DNA of 64,000 bases from an uncultured cyanobacterium (lineage in GTDB: Bacteria > Cyanobacteriota > Cyanobacteriia > PCC-9006 > JAAUQQ01): positions 3,347,973 to 3,411,972 of the forward strand of contig OY970368.1 in the NCBI GenBank assembly GCA_963718615.1, written 5' to 3'. The stretch's first letter is position 1. The number at the start of each line of letters is the position of its first letter. This document shows, piece by piece, positions 10,244 through 20,406 of the stretch. The position numbers and the translations under genes are program-made. The notes beneath the pieces were generated by a model. That model was not told the DNA's origin and ran no database searches. It saw only the letters and a list, made by a program, of their open reading frames with translations.

Positions 10244-11368
10244 CTAATCCTTGGGTAAGCGATTGCCTCGGGACGATTGCCATTGATTCAGCCAAACCGC
10301 TAACAGCGTCACCACCGACAGCGGAATCACAAATAGAATCATCGCTCCACTAAAGGGACCTAGGACCGCATGGTCCATAGTTCGCAGCACCAAATAGGCA
10401 ACGTAGGCCGCGTAATAGCCCACAAACACCAGCCCTTCCCAGCGGCTAATGACATTTCCCGTAAAGAAAATCGGCAGACAGGCGATCGCCACCGCAATCA
10501 TAATCGGAATATCAAACCGGACCGCTGCGGAGGATACCGCCAACCCCGCCGGAGAAAACAAACTGGAAAGACCCAAAACCACCAAAATATTAAAAATATT
10601 GCTGCCAACCACATTGCCCACGGCAATATCCCGTTCGCCCTTCAGCGTCGCCACGATCGAGGTTGCCAGCTCCGGCAGCGATGTTCCGGCGGCCACAATG
10701 GTCAAGCCAATCACCAGTTCACTCACCCCGATGGCTTGGGCGATCGCGATCGCAGAAGTCACTAACCACCGAGACCCCAAAAGCAACAACCCAACGCCCA
10801 AACCAATCCAGCCTAGGTTAATGGCCCATGTCTTTAGCGTCATTTTCTGATTGCTCTGGTCTCCGCCTCCATATTCCTGCGCATATTCCGCCCGCACGGC
10901 TTCATTTTGCTCTCGGCGGGATTGGATAATCTGAAAGGCCGTATAGCCAATACCACCTGCGCTCAGGAGCAGCCCATCGGGCAACGTCAGGCGACCATCA
11001 GCACCCAGAACCAGCATCAGAATCGAGACCCCGATCATCACTGGCACATCAATCCGAACCAGCTGTTGGGCGACGACAAGGGGGGCCGCAAGGGCAGACA
11101 ATCCCAAAATCAGCAAGACATTAAAAATATTGCTCCCCACGACATTGCCCACGGCGATATCAATCTGGCCCGTAAGGCTCGACTGAATACTCACCGCCAG
11201 CTCCGGCGCACTCGTTCCGTAGGCAACAATCGTCAATCCAATAATTAACGGCGAAATGCCCAGACTCGTGGCTAAGTTTGAGGCTCCCCGTACCAGCGCA
11301 TCCGCGCCAACCACCAATAGTGCAAGACCCGCAACTAACAGAACGATCGTAGCGATGCTCATACACAA
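10244..11368 (-). CDS. Na+/Ca2+ exchanger (CaCA family, YrbG-like)
   Basis: Polytopic membrane protein with two internal alpha-repeats 'GNVVGSNIFNVLLILG' and 'GNVVGSNIFNILVVLG', the signature of CaCA exchangers. Confidence 0.85.
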   Translation of the reverse strand: MCMSIATIVLLVAGLALLVVGADALVRGASNLATSLGISPLIIGLTIVAYGTSAPELAVSIQSSLTGQIDIAVGNVVGSNIFNVLLILGLSALAAPLVVAQQLVRIDVPVMIGVSILMLVLGADGRLTLPDGLLLSAGGIGYTAFQIIQSRREQNEAVRAEYAQEYGGGDQSNQKMTLKTWAINLGWIGLGVGLLLLGSRWLVTSAIAIAQAIGVSELVIGLTIVAAGTSLPELATSIVATLKGERDIAVGNVVGSNIFNILVVLGLSSLFSPAGLAVSSAAVRFDIPIMIAVAIACLPIFFTGNVISRWEGLVFVGYYAAYVAYLVLRTMDHAVLGPFSGAMILFVIPLSVVTLLAVWLNQWQSSRGNRLPKD

Positions 11369-11567
11369 AGACAGCCGGAGACATCTCTCGGAGGAAAAGG
11401 TTGACGATGTTTAAGAATTTGAGTTAGCCCTCGATTTTCCCACGAAAGCCGGGTCTGGGGATCACGCTGCGATAAATCTTGATTCCTCTGCACGCTTCCT
11501 AGGGAGAGCTGCTACGCTAAAATCGTTAACTTACGTAACAGATTCGCTGAAACTGTTTAGTGAAGTC

Positions 11568-12623
11568 GTGGTGGAATCCCGTGAACGTCAAATTCGCCGC
11601 GAGCTTATTGCCGCCATCTTGCTCTTCTTGGGGGTTCTGCTGATCGGCACGGCAGGATATCGGACGATTGAGCGATGGAGCTTGCTGGACTCCGCTTATA
11701 TGACCATTATTACCCTAAGCAGCGTAGGGTTCGGCGAAATCCAGCCCCTCAGCCCCCCAGGAAGACTCTTTACAATTTCGCTGATTTTGATGGGCCTTTT
11801 GAGCATTGGCTATATTGTCAATCGATTTACAGAGGCTATTGTCCAGGGCTACTTTCAAGATAGCCTGCGTTCTCGCCGGAAACGACGTGTGATCAAGAAA
11901 CTACGCAATCACTATATTTTATGTGGCTATGGCAGGGCCGGTCGCCATGTGGCCCATGAATTTGCCGAGGAGCAGGTACCGTTTATCGTCGTCGATCCGC
12001 AGCCCGAAGCAATTCTGGATGCAAAACAGCGTGGCTACCTTACCTACCAGGGAGATGCGACCCTTGATCAAACCCTGATTGCAGTGGGAATCCAGGATGC
12101 CAATTGCATTGTGGCGGCGATGCCTTCGGACTCGGACAATCTTTACACCGTGCTTTCCGCCAAAGCCCTGCGACCAGGTTTACGGACGATCGCCCGCGCC
12201 AATACCGAAGAAGCCGTCATCAAGATGCAGCGAGCGGGGGCCGATGCGGTGATCTCTCCTTATATTACGGGGGGAAAACGGTTGGCCGCAGCAGCACTAC
12301 GCCCTCAGGTGATGGATTTTGTAGATGGCATTGGATTGGGAGGCGATCGCTCCTTTTATCTAGAGGAGGTCGTGATTCACGCCCAGGACTGTCCCTATGT
12401 GAATCAGGAATTGCGGGAGACGGATTTGCGATCGCGCAGCAGCGCTCTCATCCTGGCGATTCGTCGCACCGAGGGGGAGCTAATTCCAGGGCCTACCGGA
12501 GAAACTCGCTTGCTGGATGGCGATTTGCTGATTTGCATGGGAACAGCAGAACAACTCCGAACGCTCATCAAAATTCTGATCCCCCTGGGCTCGACCATGC
12601 CGCGTTTGCCCCGCAATCAGTAA
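11568..12623 (+). CDS. Two-TM K+-channel-like protein with cytoplasmic RCK (TrkA-N/TrkA-C) domain
   Basis: Pore segment 'TLSSVGFGE' between two hydrophobic helices; Rossmann motif 'ILCGYGRAGRHVA' of TrkA-N/RCK follows. GTG start. Confidence 0.8.
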   Translation: MVESRERQIRRELIAAILLFLGVLLIGTAGYRTIERWSLLDSAYMTIITLSSVGFGEIQPLSPPGRLFTISLILMGLLSIGYIVNRFTEAIVQGYFQDSLRSRRKRRVIKKLRNHYILCGYGRAGRHVAHEFAEEQVPFIVVDPQPEAILDAKQRGYLTYQGDATLDQTLIAVGIQDANCIVAAMPSDSDNLYTVLSAKALRPGLRTIARANTEEAVIKMQRAGADAVISPYITGGKRLAAAALRPQVMDFVDGIGLGGDRSFYLEEVVIHAQDCPYVNQELRETDLRSRSSALILAIRRTEGELIPGPTGETRLLDGDLLICMGTAEQLRTLIKILIPLGSTMPRLPRNQ

Positions 12624-12700
12624 AATTCCTTAAAATTGCTTGCAACCCAAAAGTTGACCGGACCTTCGGCTTAATCTCCGCACAATTTCGATGGCGTGTC

Positions 12701-12913
12701 CTAATTGAGCTTGAGCGCTGCAACCGGAACCTCATCCCAGGAGGAAACCCTATACATCCGAACGGTCCATCCCTGAGCTTTTTGAGCATCGCTTAAATTT
12801 TCCTGAAAGGAAACATAACATTCCCTGGCTTGCTCTTCATTGCAACAAGCGATACAGGCATAGAGAATCCCAGCCGGATCCACCTGTTCATTTACCCAAA
12901 TGGTTTTAGACAT
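12701..12913 (-). CDS. Small hypothetical protein (70 aa)
   Basis: ATG-initiated ORF in the gap between the channel gene and psbA; no recognisable domain. Confidence 0.3.
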   Translation of the reverse strand: MSKTIWVNEQVDPAGILYACIACCNEEQARECYVSFQENLSDAQKAQGWTVRMYRVSSWDEVPVAALKLN

Positions 12914-13148
12914 GCTTTCACTTTACAAAAATAAACAAAGCTTGAGCAAATACTCAAACAAACTACAAATAAGTTAATGGCAAGGTTTTTGAAAGTCTTG
13001 TAGCCTTTAATTAAGGCATTGCAACGAAAGTTGACTGTCTTTTCATAATTCGCATTCCTAGTTAAAAGCTTACAGGCAATTTGTCTAAATGGCTTTAGCC
13101 GGGATTGTCAGTCTTTATCTGTACATTTCTCGCAATTCATAAATCACC

Positions 13149-14231
13149 ATGACGACTACACTTCGCGGACGCGAAAGTGCCAGTACGTGGGAGCGCTTTT
13201 GCGCTTGGATCACAAGCACCAACAACCGCATTTATGTGGGTTGGTTTGGCGTTCTGATGATCCCTTGCCTGCTTACTGCCACGATTTGCTTCATTATTGC
13301 GTTTATCGCAGCACCTCCCGTCGATATCGATGGCATCCGTGAGCCTGTGGCTGGCTCCTTGCTCTACGGCAACAACATCATGTCTGGCGCGGTTGTGCCC
13401 TCTTCCAACGCCATTGGCCTGCACTTCTACCCCATCTGGGAAGCAGCTTCCCTCGATGAGTGGTTGTACAACGGCGGCCCTTACCAATTGGTTTGCTTCC
13501 ACTTCCTCATCGGCATTTTCTGCTGGATGGGTCGTCAGTGGGAACTCTCCTACCGCCTCGGCATGCGTCCTTGGATTTGTGTGGCTTACTCTGCACCTGT
13601 AGCAGCAGCAACCTCAGTTTTCCTGATCTACCCGATCGGCCAAGGTTCGTTCTCCGATGGTATGCCCCTGGGTATCTCCGGTACATTCAACTTCATGTTC
13701 GTGTTCCAGGCTGAGCACAACATTCTGATGCACCCCTTCCACATGCTCGGTGTGGCTGGCGTCTTCGGTGGAAGCTTGTTCTCCGCAATGCACGGTTCGT
13801 TGGTGACTTCTTCCTTGGTGCGTGAGACCACTGAAGTAGAATCCCAGAACTACGGCTACAAGTTTGGACAAGAAGAGGAAACCTACAACATCGTTGCAGC
13901 CCACGGCTACTTCGGTCGTCTGATTTTCCAATACGCTTCGTTCAACAACAGTCGTGCACTGCACTTCTTCTTGGGTGCATGGCCGGTTGTAGGCATTTGG
14001 TTGACCGCAATGGGCATCAGTACCATGGCATTCAACCTCAATGGCTTTAACTTCAACCAGTCTGTGATTGATAGCCAAGGTCGCGTTGTTGCAACCTGGG
14101 CCGATGTCCTCAACCGTGCGAACCTGGGTATGGAAGTGATGCACGAGCGCAATGCTCACAACTTCCCCTTGGATCTCGCTTCGGGTGAAGCTACTCCCGT
14201 TGCCCTGACTGCTCCTGCGATCAACGGCTAA
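13149..14231 (+). CDS. psbA: Photosystem II reaction centre protein D1
   Basis: Translation is unmistakably D1 ([39 protein letters not shown] ... [23 protein letters not shown]), including the C-terminal extension removed by CtpA. Confidence 0.97.
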   Translation: MTTTLRGRESASTWERFCAWITSTNNRIYVGWFGVLMIPCLLTATICFIIAFIAAPPVDIDGIREPVAGSLLYGNNIMSGAVVPSSNAIGLHFYPIWEAASLDEWLYNGGPYQLVCFHFLIGIFCWMGRQWELSYRLGMRPWICVAYSAPVAAATSVFLIYPIGQGSFSDGMPLGISGTFNFMFVFQAEHNILMHPFHMLGVAGVFGGSLFSAMHGSLVTSSLVRETTEVESQNYGYKFGQEEETYNIVAAHGYFGRLIFQYASFNNSRALHFFLGAWPVVGIWLTAMGISTMAFNLNGFNFNQSVIDSQGRVVATWADVLNRANLGMEVMHERNAHNFPLDLASGEATPVALTAPAING

Positions 14232-14290
14232 GAGTAATCTGAAAGAGCTAATCATTGACCGATTTTCGGGACTCTGATTTAGCAGGCTTA

Positions 14291-14320
14291 AAAAGGCGCT
14301 CTCTTCGGGGAGCGCTTTTG
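14291..14320. terminator. Intrinsic terminator hairpin between convergent psbA and tex (aaaaGGCGCTC-loop-GAGCGCtttt)
   Basis: GC stem flanked by an A-run on one side and a T-run on the other, so it can terminate transcripts from either strand. Confidence 0.6.
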
Positions 14321-14393
14321 ATTTGCATATTTTTTGTGCGAGCTCGTTTTAAGCTCAATTATCGGGCGCGGAATGCGCGCCCCAACACAAGGA

Positions 14394-16754
14394 CTAAAGC
14401 TTGCGGCCAAACTTGCGCTTGAGTTCATCCAGGGAATTGCCCGAGGTCGAGTGAGTCTGGCGAGGCCGCTGGGTCGCTGGATTTTGCGGTGCGCCGGAAA
14501 GCTTTTGATGCACAGGATTTGGCTTGCTCGGTCGACTGGTGCTGGGAGTAGCAGACAGTATTTCTGCCCCAGGCTGAGCCCCACCGCTCACGGCTTTCAT
14601 CGAAAGGCCAATGCGTTTGAGCTTTTCGTTCACCTCCATGACCCGAACCTTGACCACCTGACCCACCTTCACCACATCCTTGGGATCTTGAACAAATTGG
14701 TTAGCCAATTGAGAAATATGAACCAAACCATCTTGGTGCACGCCGATATCGACAAAAGCGCCAAAATTTGCCACATTAGTGACAATTCCTTCTAGCTCCA
14801 TGCCTTCCTTGAGGTCACTCATTTCGTTGATATCTTCCCGGAACTGGGCATAGGTAAACTGGGCACGGGGGTCACGACCTGGTTTTTCGAGTTCTTGAAG
14901 AATGTCTCGCAGCGTTGGTTCGCCCACCGTATCAGTCACATAACGTTTGAGGTCAATCCGATTAATTTCTAGATTCTTCAGAAAATTGGGGGATATTGTA
15001 TCGACCTGAGCATCGCTCAAAATGCTTGATACAATGCCATAGCTTTCCGGGTGAACGGCAGTATTATCCAGGGGGTTTTTGCCCCCGCGAATCCGCAAAA
15101 ACCCTGCACATTGTTCAAAGGCTTTGGGTCCTAGTTTAGGCACTTTGAGCAACTGTTTGCGATCGCCAAAGGCCCCATTCTCATTGCGGTAGCTAACGAT
15201 ATTGTTGGCGATCGCCCCAGTAATTCCCGACACATACATCAGCAATTCTTTTGAAGCGGTATTAAGGTCAACCCCCACATAGTTCACACAGCTTTCAACC
15301 GTTTCTGCCAGCTTTTGTTTGAGCAATTTCTGATCGACATCATGCTGATATTGACCTACACCAATGGATTTTGGGTCGATTTTCACCAACTCAGCCAGGG
15401 GGTCTTGCAAGCGACGACCAATGCTGATAGCACCTCGAACGGTGATATCTAAATCGGGAAATTCGGCGATCGCCACCTCACTCGCTGAATAAATCGACGC
15501 CCCCGCCTCATTCACCATGACCTTAATGGGCGGTTGCTTAAGGCATTGAAACACTTCCCCTACAAAGGCTTCAGTCTCGCGACTGGCGGTGCCATTGCCA
15601 ATGGCCACGAGCTCAATTTTGTACTGTTCAATTAACTGTTGAATCGTTTGAGCAGCCTGTTCGCGCTTGCCGGCTCCCGTGTGGGGAAACACCGCTTGAT
15701 AGTTAAGATATTTGCCGGTCTGATCAATGACAGCGACTTTGCAGCCCGTGCGAAAACCGGGGTCGATGGCCAATGTGGGCTTCATGCCCGCAGGCGCAGT
15801 CAAAAGCAAATCCCGCAGATTGGCCTCAAAGGTTTTAATCGACTCAATATCGGCCCATTCTTTCTTCTCGCCAATCACCCCAGTGACCAGCGAGGTTTTC
15901 ATCAGACGGCCAAAGGCATCTCGAATCAGGGTTTGATAAAACTGACGCAGTTGCGGAGATTGGCTGCGCAGAATGCAGGACTCTAGATAGTCAATCACCA
16001 CATCTTCTTCAAACTCAAGATTCATTCCCAGAATCCCTTCACTTTGGCCCCGCAGCAGGGCCAGGAGATTGTGGGGGGCGATCGCCTTGATGGAAATTTG
16101 ATAGTTGCGATAGGTCTCGAATTTGGTGCTGCCTTCAGGAAACTCAGCTTTGATTTTGGACGTGAAGATTCCGGTTTTGAGCAGAAACTCCCGTACCCAA
16201 GCCCGCAGTTCTGCCCGTTCTGCAATGCCTTCTGCCAAGATATCGGCGGCTCCCTGGAGGGCATCTTCAGCCGTGGCAACGCCTTTTTCTGGATCTACAT
16301 ATTGCGAAGCTTCTGCCCCAAGGTCGGCCTTGGGGGATTGGGGGGTATTGAGGGATTCAAGCCAATCTGCTAAGGGTGCTAAACCCTTTTCTCGGGCCAT
16401 GGTGGCGCGGGTGCGGCGTTTGGGCTTGTAGGGCAGATAGAGGTCTTCGAGATCGGTTTTTTGGCTGCAGGCTGCGATTTTGGCCTGGAGTTCGAGGGTG
16501 AGTTTGCCTTGGTCGGCGATCGCCTTAAGGATGGTTTGTTTGCGATCGCTCAGTTCGCTCAGGTAGCCATGGCGCTCTTGAATCTGCCGCAGTTGGGTTT
16601 CGTCCAATTCGCCAGTGCGCTCTTTGCGGTAGCGGGCAATGAAGGGAATGGTTGCGCCTTCGGCGAAGAGGTCTAGGGCGCTTTGGACCTGAGCCGGGTG
16701 AATGTCAAGTTCTTGGGCGATTTGAGCGGTAAAGGATAGCTGGGGAGAAGACAT
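14394..16754 (-). CDS. tex: Transcription accessory protein Tex (YqgF/RuvC-like, HhH and S1 RNA-binding domains)
   Basis: Full-length Tex-like translation ending in an S1 domain ('GMELEGIVTNVANFGAFVDIGVHQDGLVHISQL'). Start placed at the ATG giving 'MSSPQLSFTAQIAQELDIHPAQV'; the ORF track extends 46 codons further to a TTG at 16892. Confidence 0.85.
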   Translation of the reverse strand: MSSPQLSFTAQIAQELDIHPAQVQSALDLFAEGATIPFIARYRKERTGELDETQLRQIQERHGYLSELSDRKQTILKAIADQGKLTLELQAKIAACSQKTDLEDLYLPYKPKRRTRATMAREKGLAPLADWLESLNTPQSPKADLGAEASQYVDPEKGVATAEDALQGAADILAEGIAERAELRAWVREFLLKTGIFTSKIKAEFPEGSTKFETYRNYQISIKAIAPHNLLALLRGQSEGILGMNLEFEEDVVIDYLESCILRSQSPQLRQFYQTLIRDAFGRLMKTSLVTGVIGEKKEWADIESIKTFEANLRDLLLTAPAGMKPTLAIDPGFRTGCKVAVIDQTGKYLNYQAVFPHTGAGKREQAAQTIQQLIEQYKIELVAIGNGTASRETEAFVGEVFQCLKQPPIKVMVNEAGASIYSASEVAIAEFPDLDITVRGAISIGRRLQDPLAELVKIDPKSIGVGQYQHDVDQKLLKQKLAETVESCVNYVGVDLNTASKELLMYVSGITGAIANNIVSYRNENGAFGDRKQLLKVPKLGPKAFEQCAGFLRIRGGKNPLDNTAVHPESYGIVSSILSDAQVDTISPNFLKNLEINRIDLKRYVTDTVGEPTLRDILQELEKPGRDPRAQFTYAQFREDINEMSDLKEGMELEGIVTNVANFGAFVDIGVHQDGLVHISQLANQFVQDPKDVVKVGQVVKVRVMEVNEKLKRIGLSMKAVSGGAQPGAEILSATPSTSRPSKPNPVHQKLSGAPQNPATQRPRQTHSTSGNSLDELKRKFGRKL

Positions 16755-16776
16755 ATGGGTTATGCAGAAAGGTCGC

Positions 16777-18042
16777 TTAGGAGGAAGCATCATCCGGCGA
16801 TGGCGATGCCTGGAGTATGGTTTTCGAGACGATGCGGGTCTTTTTGCGATCGCTCTCCGATAACTCCTCTCCCGACTGTAACCGCGTCGCATTTTCCTGC
16901 AACACCGTTGCCGCTCGCTGGTCGCCCATTTGCAACGCCGTTTGCGCAGCCGTTTGCAGCATGGTGGCGGCCCCTGTGCGATCGCCCGCCTGAAGTTTCG
17001 CCTCGGCGATCTGGGTTTGTCGATATTTGGCTAGCGTCAAGACTTGCTGTTGGACATCGGCATCCACCTGGGCCGCATGATCCGCCACCGCTTCGACGGC
17101 GATCGCCACCGGCTCAGACAGCAGGCCGGTTTTCCCCGAAGCCGGATCATCGTAACGAACCCGAAGCTGAGCAATGTCGTGGCGACCCTCAGGCAACTGC
17201 TGAATATAGAGATTGACCAACACCTGCCGGGGAAAATCCACCATCAGGTCTCCCAGTCTGGCCTCAATGCGGTTGCCTTCGACGAGGGGCTGTAGCTCAA
17301 TGACATCTGGGCTGACCTGGGCCAGGGGCTTGGTGTTGGCCAACGTCACCCGAGGATCCAGTTCTAGCAGGAGCTGGGCATTGGTCAACCCCACGGTTTG
17401 CATCCGCTGAAAGAGGCGGCTAAATTCTCCTAGAACCTCTTCAGACCGTTCAATGTAGGTGAGGCTGCCGCCGCCCACGTCGGCGATTTGTTCCAGGATA
17501 TTTTGGTTCCAGTGGTCGCCAAACCCCAGCGTATTCACCGTTAGGCCAAAATCCGCCGCCAGTTTCGCAAATTTCAAACAGCGCTCATTGCTGCCATGTT
17601 CATTTTCGCCATCGGTGAGTAGCAGCGCCTGGGACACCGCCTCGCCCTTGCCCTTAGCCAATTCTTCAATGCCGAGCCGGAGTCCTTCGTCAATGGCGGT
17701 GCCCCCGCCCGCCTCCAGTTGGGCGATCGCCCCCCGAATTGTCGCCGGATTGTCGATCACCTGGTTGGGAATTAACAGCCGCGCCCGATGGTCAAAGCTG
17801 ACGACCGACAGGCGATCGCCCGGTGTTAGTTTTTCCAGCAACCGCAAGGCCGCCTGTTTCACCGTTTCGAGGGGACGGCCCCCCATGGAGCCGCTCTGGT
17901 CCAGCATGAGGCAAAGATTTAGCGGCGCACGGCCTGCCCCTGCCGCCAAGGCACTGATCGAGACCGCGAGCTGTCGTTGACTCTGGGGTTGGGCGATCGC
18001 CACCTGGGGGTCACTCAGCGTACCGTTTAAACCAACTTGCAT
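16777..18042 (-). CDS. von Willebrand factor type A (VWA) domain protein
   Basis: VWA signature with MIDAS-like 'DQSGSM', 'LSVVSFDHRA' and 'LLLTDGENEHG'; ATG start. Confidence 0.75.
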   Translation of the reverse strand: MQVGLNGTLSDPQVAIAQPQSQRQLAVSISALAAGAGRAPLNLCLMLDQSGSMGGRPLETVKQAALRLLEKLTPGDRLSVVSFDHRARLLIPNQVIDNPATIRGAIAQLEAGGGTAIDEGLRLGIEELAKGKGEAVSQALLLTDGENEHGSNERCLKFAKLAADFGLTVNTLGFGDHWNQNILEQIADVGGGSLTYIERSEEVLGEFSRLFQRMQTVGLTNAQLLLELDPRVTLANTKPLAQVSPDVIELQPLVEGNRIEARLGDLMVDFPRQVLVNLYIQQLPEGRHDIAQLRVRYDDPASGKTGLLSEPVAIAVEAVADHAAQVDADVQQQVLTLAKYRQTQIAEAKLQAGDRTGAATMLQTAAQTALQMGDQRAATVLQENATRLQSGEELSESDRKKTRIVSKTILQASPSPDDASS

Positions 18043-18285
18043 TCGCCTTTTCCTTTCCGACAGGTCATTCGTTCCAACTGCTTCAACTCAGCGACCGAAC
18101 GGGGGTCTTGTTCTCTATTCTGACCTAAGATTTCGGCCCTGTGGCCCCTCACTCGCTTTCAGTTTGCCCAAATGGAGTTAAAAAGAATTGCAGAAAAAAT
18201 TTAGGGCTGATCAACCGCAGCCGTCTCGTCAAACCGAGCGCTAGTATGGTACTGGTAACGCGCAAAGCCTAGGCAAGACCAATTT

Positions 18286-18981
18286 ATGAGTGGACCGATC
18301 AAAGCTGTTCAAGCGGCTTCCTACGGAGACGCCTACTATCGCACTCCGCCGCCCGATCTCCCTTCACTATTACTGAAGGAGCGGATTGTTTATTTGGGCC
18401 TGCCCCTCTTCTCTGACGACAACGTTAAACGTCAGGTGGGGGTTGATGTCACTGAGTTGATCATTGCTCAACTGCTGTACTTGCAGTTTGATAGCCCTGA
18501 AAAGCCGATTTACTTCTACATCAACTCGACGGGCACCTCCTGGTATGACGGGGCCTCTGTGGGATATGAAACCGAGGCCTTTGCGATTTGCGATACCCTC
18601 AGCTACATCAAGCCACCGGTCCATACCATTTGCATTGGTCAGGCCATGGGCACCGCTGCGGTAATTTTGTCCGCTGGCACCAAAGGCTGTCGGGCCAGCT
18701 TGCCCCACGCCACCATCGTGCTCAATCAGCCTCGAACCGGCGCAGGCCAAGGGCAAGCTACGGATATTCAGATTCGGGCCCAGGAAGTGTTGGACAACAA
18801 GCACACCATGATGGAGATTCTCTCGAAGAACACCGGCCAGCCTATTGAAAAGCTTGTAAAGGATACCGATCGCACCTTCTATCTCACCCCTGACGTGGCA
18901 AAGGAATACGGCATCATTGATCGAGTTCTGGAAAGTACCAAGGACTTGCCTGTCCCGCCCGTTGCGGCAGGGATTGGCTAG
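18286..18981 (+). CDS. clpR: ClpR, catalytically inactive ClpP paralogue
   Basis: ClpP fold but the catalytic-serine motif is replaced ('CIGQAMGTAAVIL' instead of G-x-A-A-S-M-G); lies directly upstream of an intact clpP as in the cyanobacterial clpR-clpP3 operon. Confidence 0.85.
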   Translation: MSGPIKAVQAASYGDAYYRTPPPDLPSLLLKERIVYLGLPLFSDDNVKRQVGVDVTELIIAQLLYLQFDSPEKPIYFYINSTGTSWYDGASVGYETEAFAICDTLSYIKPPVHTICIGQAMGTAAVILSAGTKGCRASLPHATIVLNQPRTGAGQGQATDIQIRAQEVLDNKHTMMEILSKNTGQPIEKLVKDTDRTFYLTPDVAKEYGIIDRVLESTKDLPVPPVAAGIG

Positions 18982-19062
18982 GGCCCAGAGTTGGGCTAAC
19001 CCATTGGTTGGGAATTTTTGTTGAATCTTTGTTGAATTTTTGTCGTTTTTTCCTGAACTTCT

Positions 19063-19656
19063 ATGCCTATTGGTGTTCCTAGCGTTCCCTATCGCCTACC
19101 GGGTAGTCCTTACGAGCGCTGGATTGATATCTATACCCGTTTGAGTCAAGAGCGCATTATTTTTCTGGGCCAAGAGGTCACGGATTCCCTCGCCAACAAT
19201 ATTGTGGCGGTGATGCTCTATCTCGACTCCGAGGACAATACCAAGCCCATCAACCTGTATATCAATTCTCCCGGTGGCTCCGTCACAGCAGGCATGGCGA
19301 TCTATGACACCATGCAATACATCAAGTCCCCCGTAGTGACGATCTGTGTGGGGTTGGCTGCGTCCATGGGAGCCTTTTTGCTCGCCGCCGGTGCGCCGGG
19401 TAAGCGGTTGGCCTTGCCCCATGCTCGGATTATGATCCACCAGCCCCTGGGGGGAACAGGCCGTCGGCAGGCGACGGATATTGAGATTGAGGCGCGGGAA
19501 ATCCTACGGATTAAACACAACCTCAACGAGATTTTGGCCCAGCGCTCGGGTCAAAGCTTGGCCAAAATTGAAAAGGATACCGATCGCGACTATTTCCTCT
19601 CCGCTGCCGAAGCCAAGGAATATGGGTTGATTGATCGGGTGATCGAAGATGCCTAG
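19063..19656 (+). CDS. clpP: ATP-dependent Clp protease proteolytic subunit (ClpP3-type)
   Basis: Catalytic Ser in '[11 protein letters not shown]' and His in 'MIHQPLGG' are intact. Confidence 0.9.
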   Translation: MPIGVPSVPYRLPGSPYERWIDIYTRLSQERIIFLGQEVTDSLANNIVAVMLYLDSEDNTKPINLYINSPGGSVTAGMAIYDTMQYIKSPVVTICVGLAASMGAFLLAAGAPGKRLALPHARIMIHQPLGGTGRRQATDIEIEAREILRIKHNLNEILAQRSGQSLAKIEKDTDRDYFLSAAEAKEYGLIDRVIEDA

Positions 19657-19807
19657 GGCATGACCCTGGCGGCCAGCCTGACGGTGGGGGCGTGAATTCC
19701 ACGCCCTCGTAAATCTTTGCCCTCGTGAATCTTTAGAAATTTGTGACGATTCGGTATCTTCAGGGTAATTTTGTATCTGATGACTCACCTATCGCGATCG
19801 CCAGGGA

Positions 19808-20383
19808 ATGAAGTTGCCCGACTGCTACCGCATCCTAGGACTCCGTGAGGGCGCTTCCTACGAGGATATTAAGGCGTCCTATCGCCGTCTGGCACGGCAG
19901 TATCACCCCGATGCCAATCCGGGTAATGATGACGCTCACGCCAAGTTTGTACGGGTTGCCCAAGCCTACCAGCATTTATCGCAACAGATTTCGCCGCTGG
20001 AAGCACGGAATTTTACGGGTATTTATAACGATCTGCTGGGGCCACCGAGTCCCTCTCCGGCGGAGACCAGTCCTCAAACCCTGGCGCGGGAGAACAAGCT
20101 CAAGCAAGACATCTATGGCAAGCTTCAGATGACCTTGCAAAATCAACGCTTTCCCCGTGCTGTGGCGTTGGTTGAAGGTTTGGCCCAGCGTTTGCCCCAG
20201 GATGCGGAAGTGCGCCAGTGGCAGGCCATCACCTATCAGTATTGGGCGCGTCATTTGATTAGCGAGCGGCAATTCGACAAGGCTCGGGTCTACTTGAGAA
20301 AAGCCCTGCGTGTCGTGCCCCATAACCGCACGCTCACCGAAGAAATGGAGCGCGAACTAGAGCGCATTGAGCAATTGCGCTAG
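19808..20383 (+). CDS. J-domain (DnaJ-like) protein
   Basis: N-terminal J-domain 'CYRILGLREGASYEDIKASYRRLARQYHPDANPG' with the HPD motif; no zinc-finger or C-terminal DnaJ domains. Confidence 0.8.
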   Translation: MKLPDCYRILGLREGASYEDIKASYRRLARQYHPDANPGNDDAHAKFVRVAQAYQHLSQQISPLEARNFTGIYNDLLGPPSPSPAETSPQTLARENKLKQDIYGKLQMTLQNQRFPRAVALVEGLAQRLPQDAEVRQWQAITYQYWARHLISERQFDKARVYLRKALRVVPHNRTLTEEMERELERIEQLR

Positions 20384-20406
20384 CCCAGACCGTTTTGAGC
20401 CTTCCC

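Noticed and set aside
12104-12796. 230-aa ORF overlapping the K+-channel gene in another frame
   Set aside because: Arg/Ser-rich low-complexity translation with no motifs; the channel frame carries clear domain signatures.
12914-13148. psbA promoter -35/-10 boxes
   Set aside because: Several weak candidate hexamers but none with convincing spacing; not reported as a feature.
16755-16892. N-terminal extension of tex (ORF-track start at 16892) and similar upstream extensions of other genes (28788, 38560, 51645, 54105, 55992, 57519, 60367)
   Set aside because: Extensions begin at non-ATG codons and are Arg-rich or hydrophobic junk; conserved N-terminal motifs begin at internal ATGs, which I used as starts.
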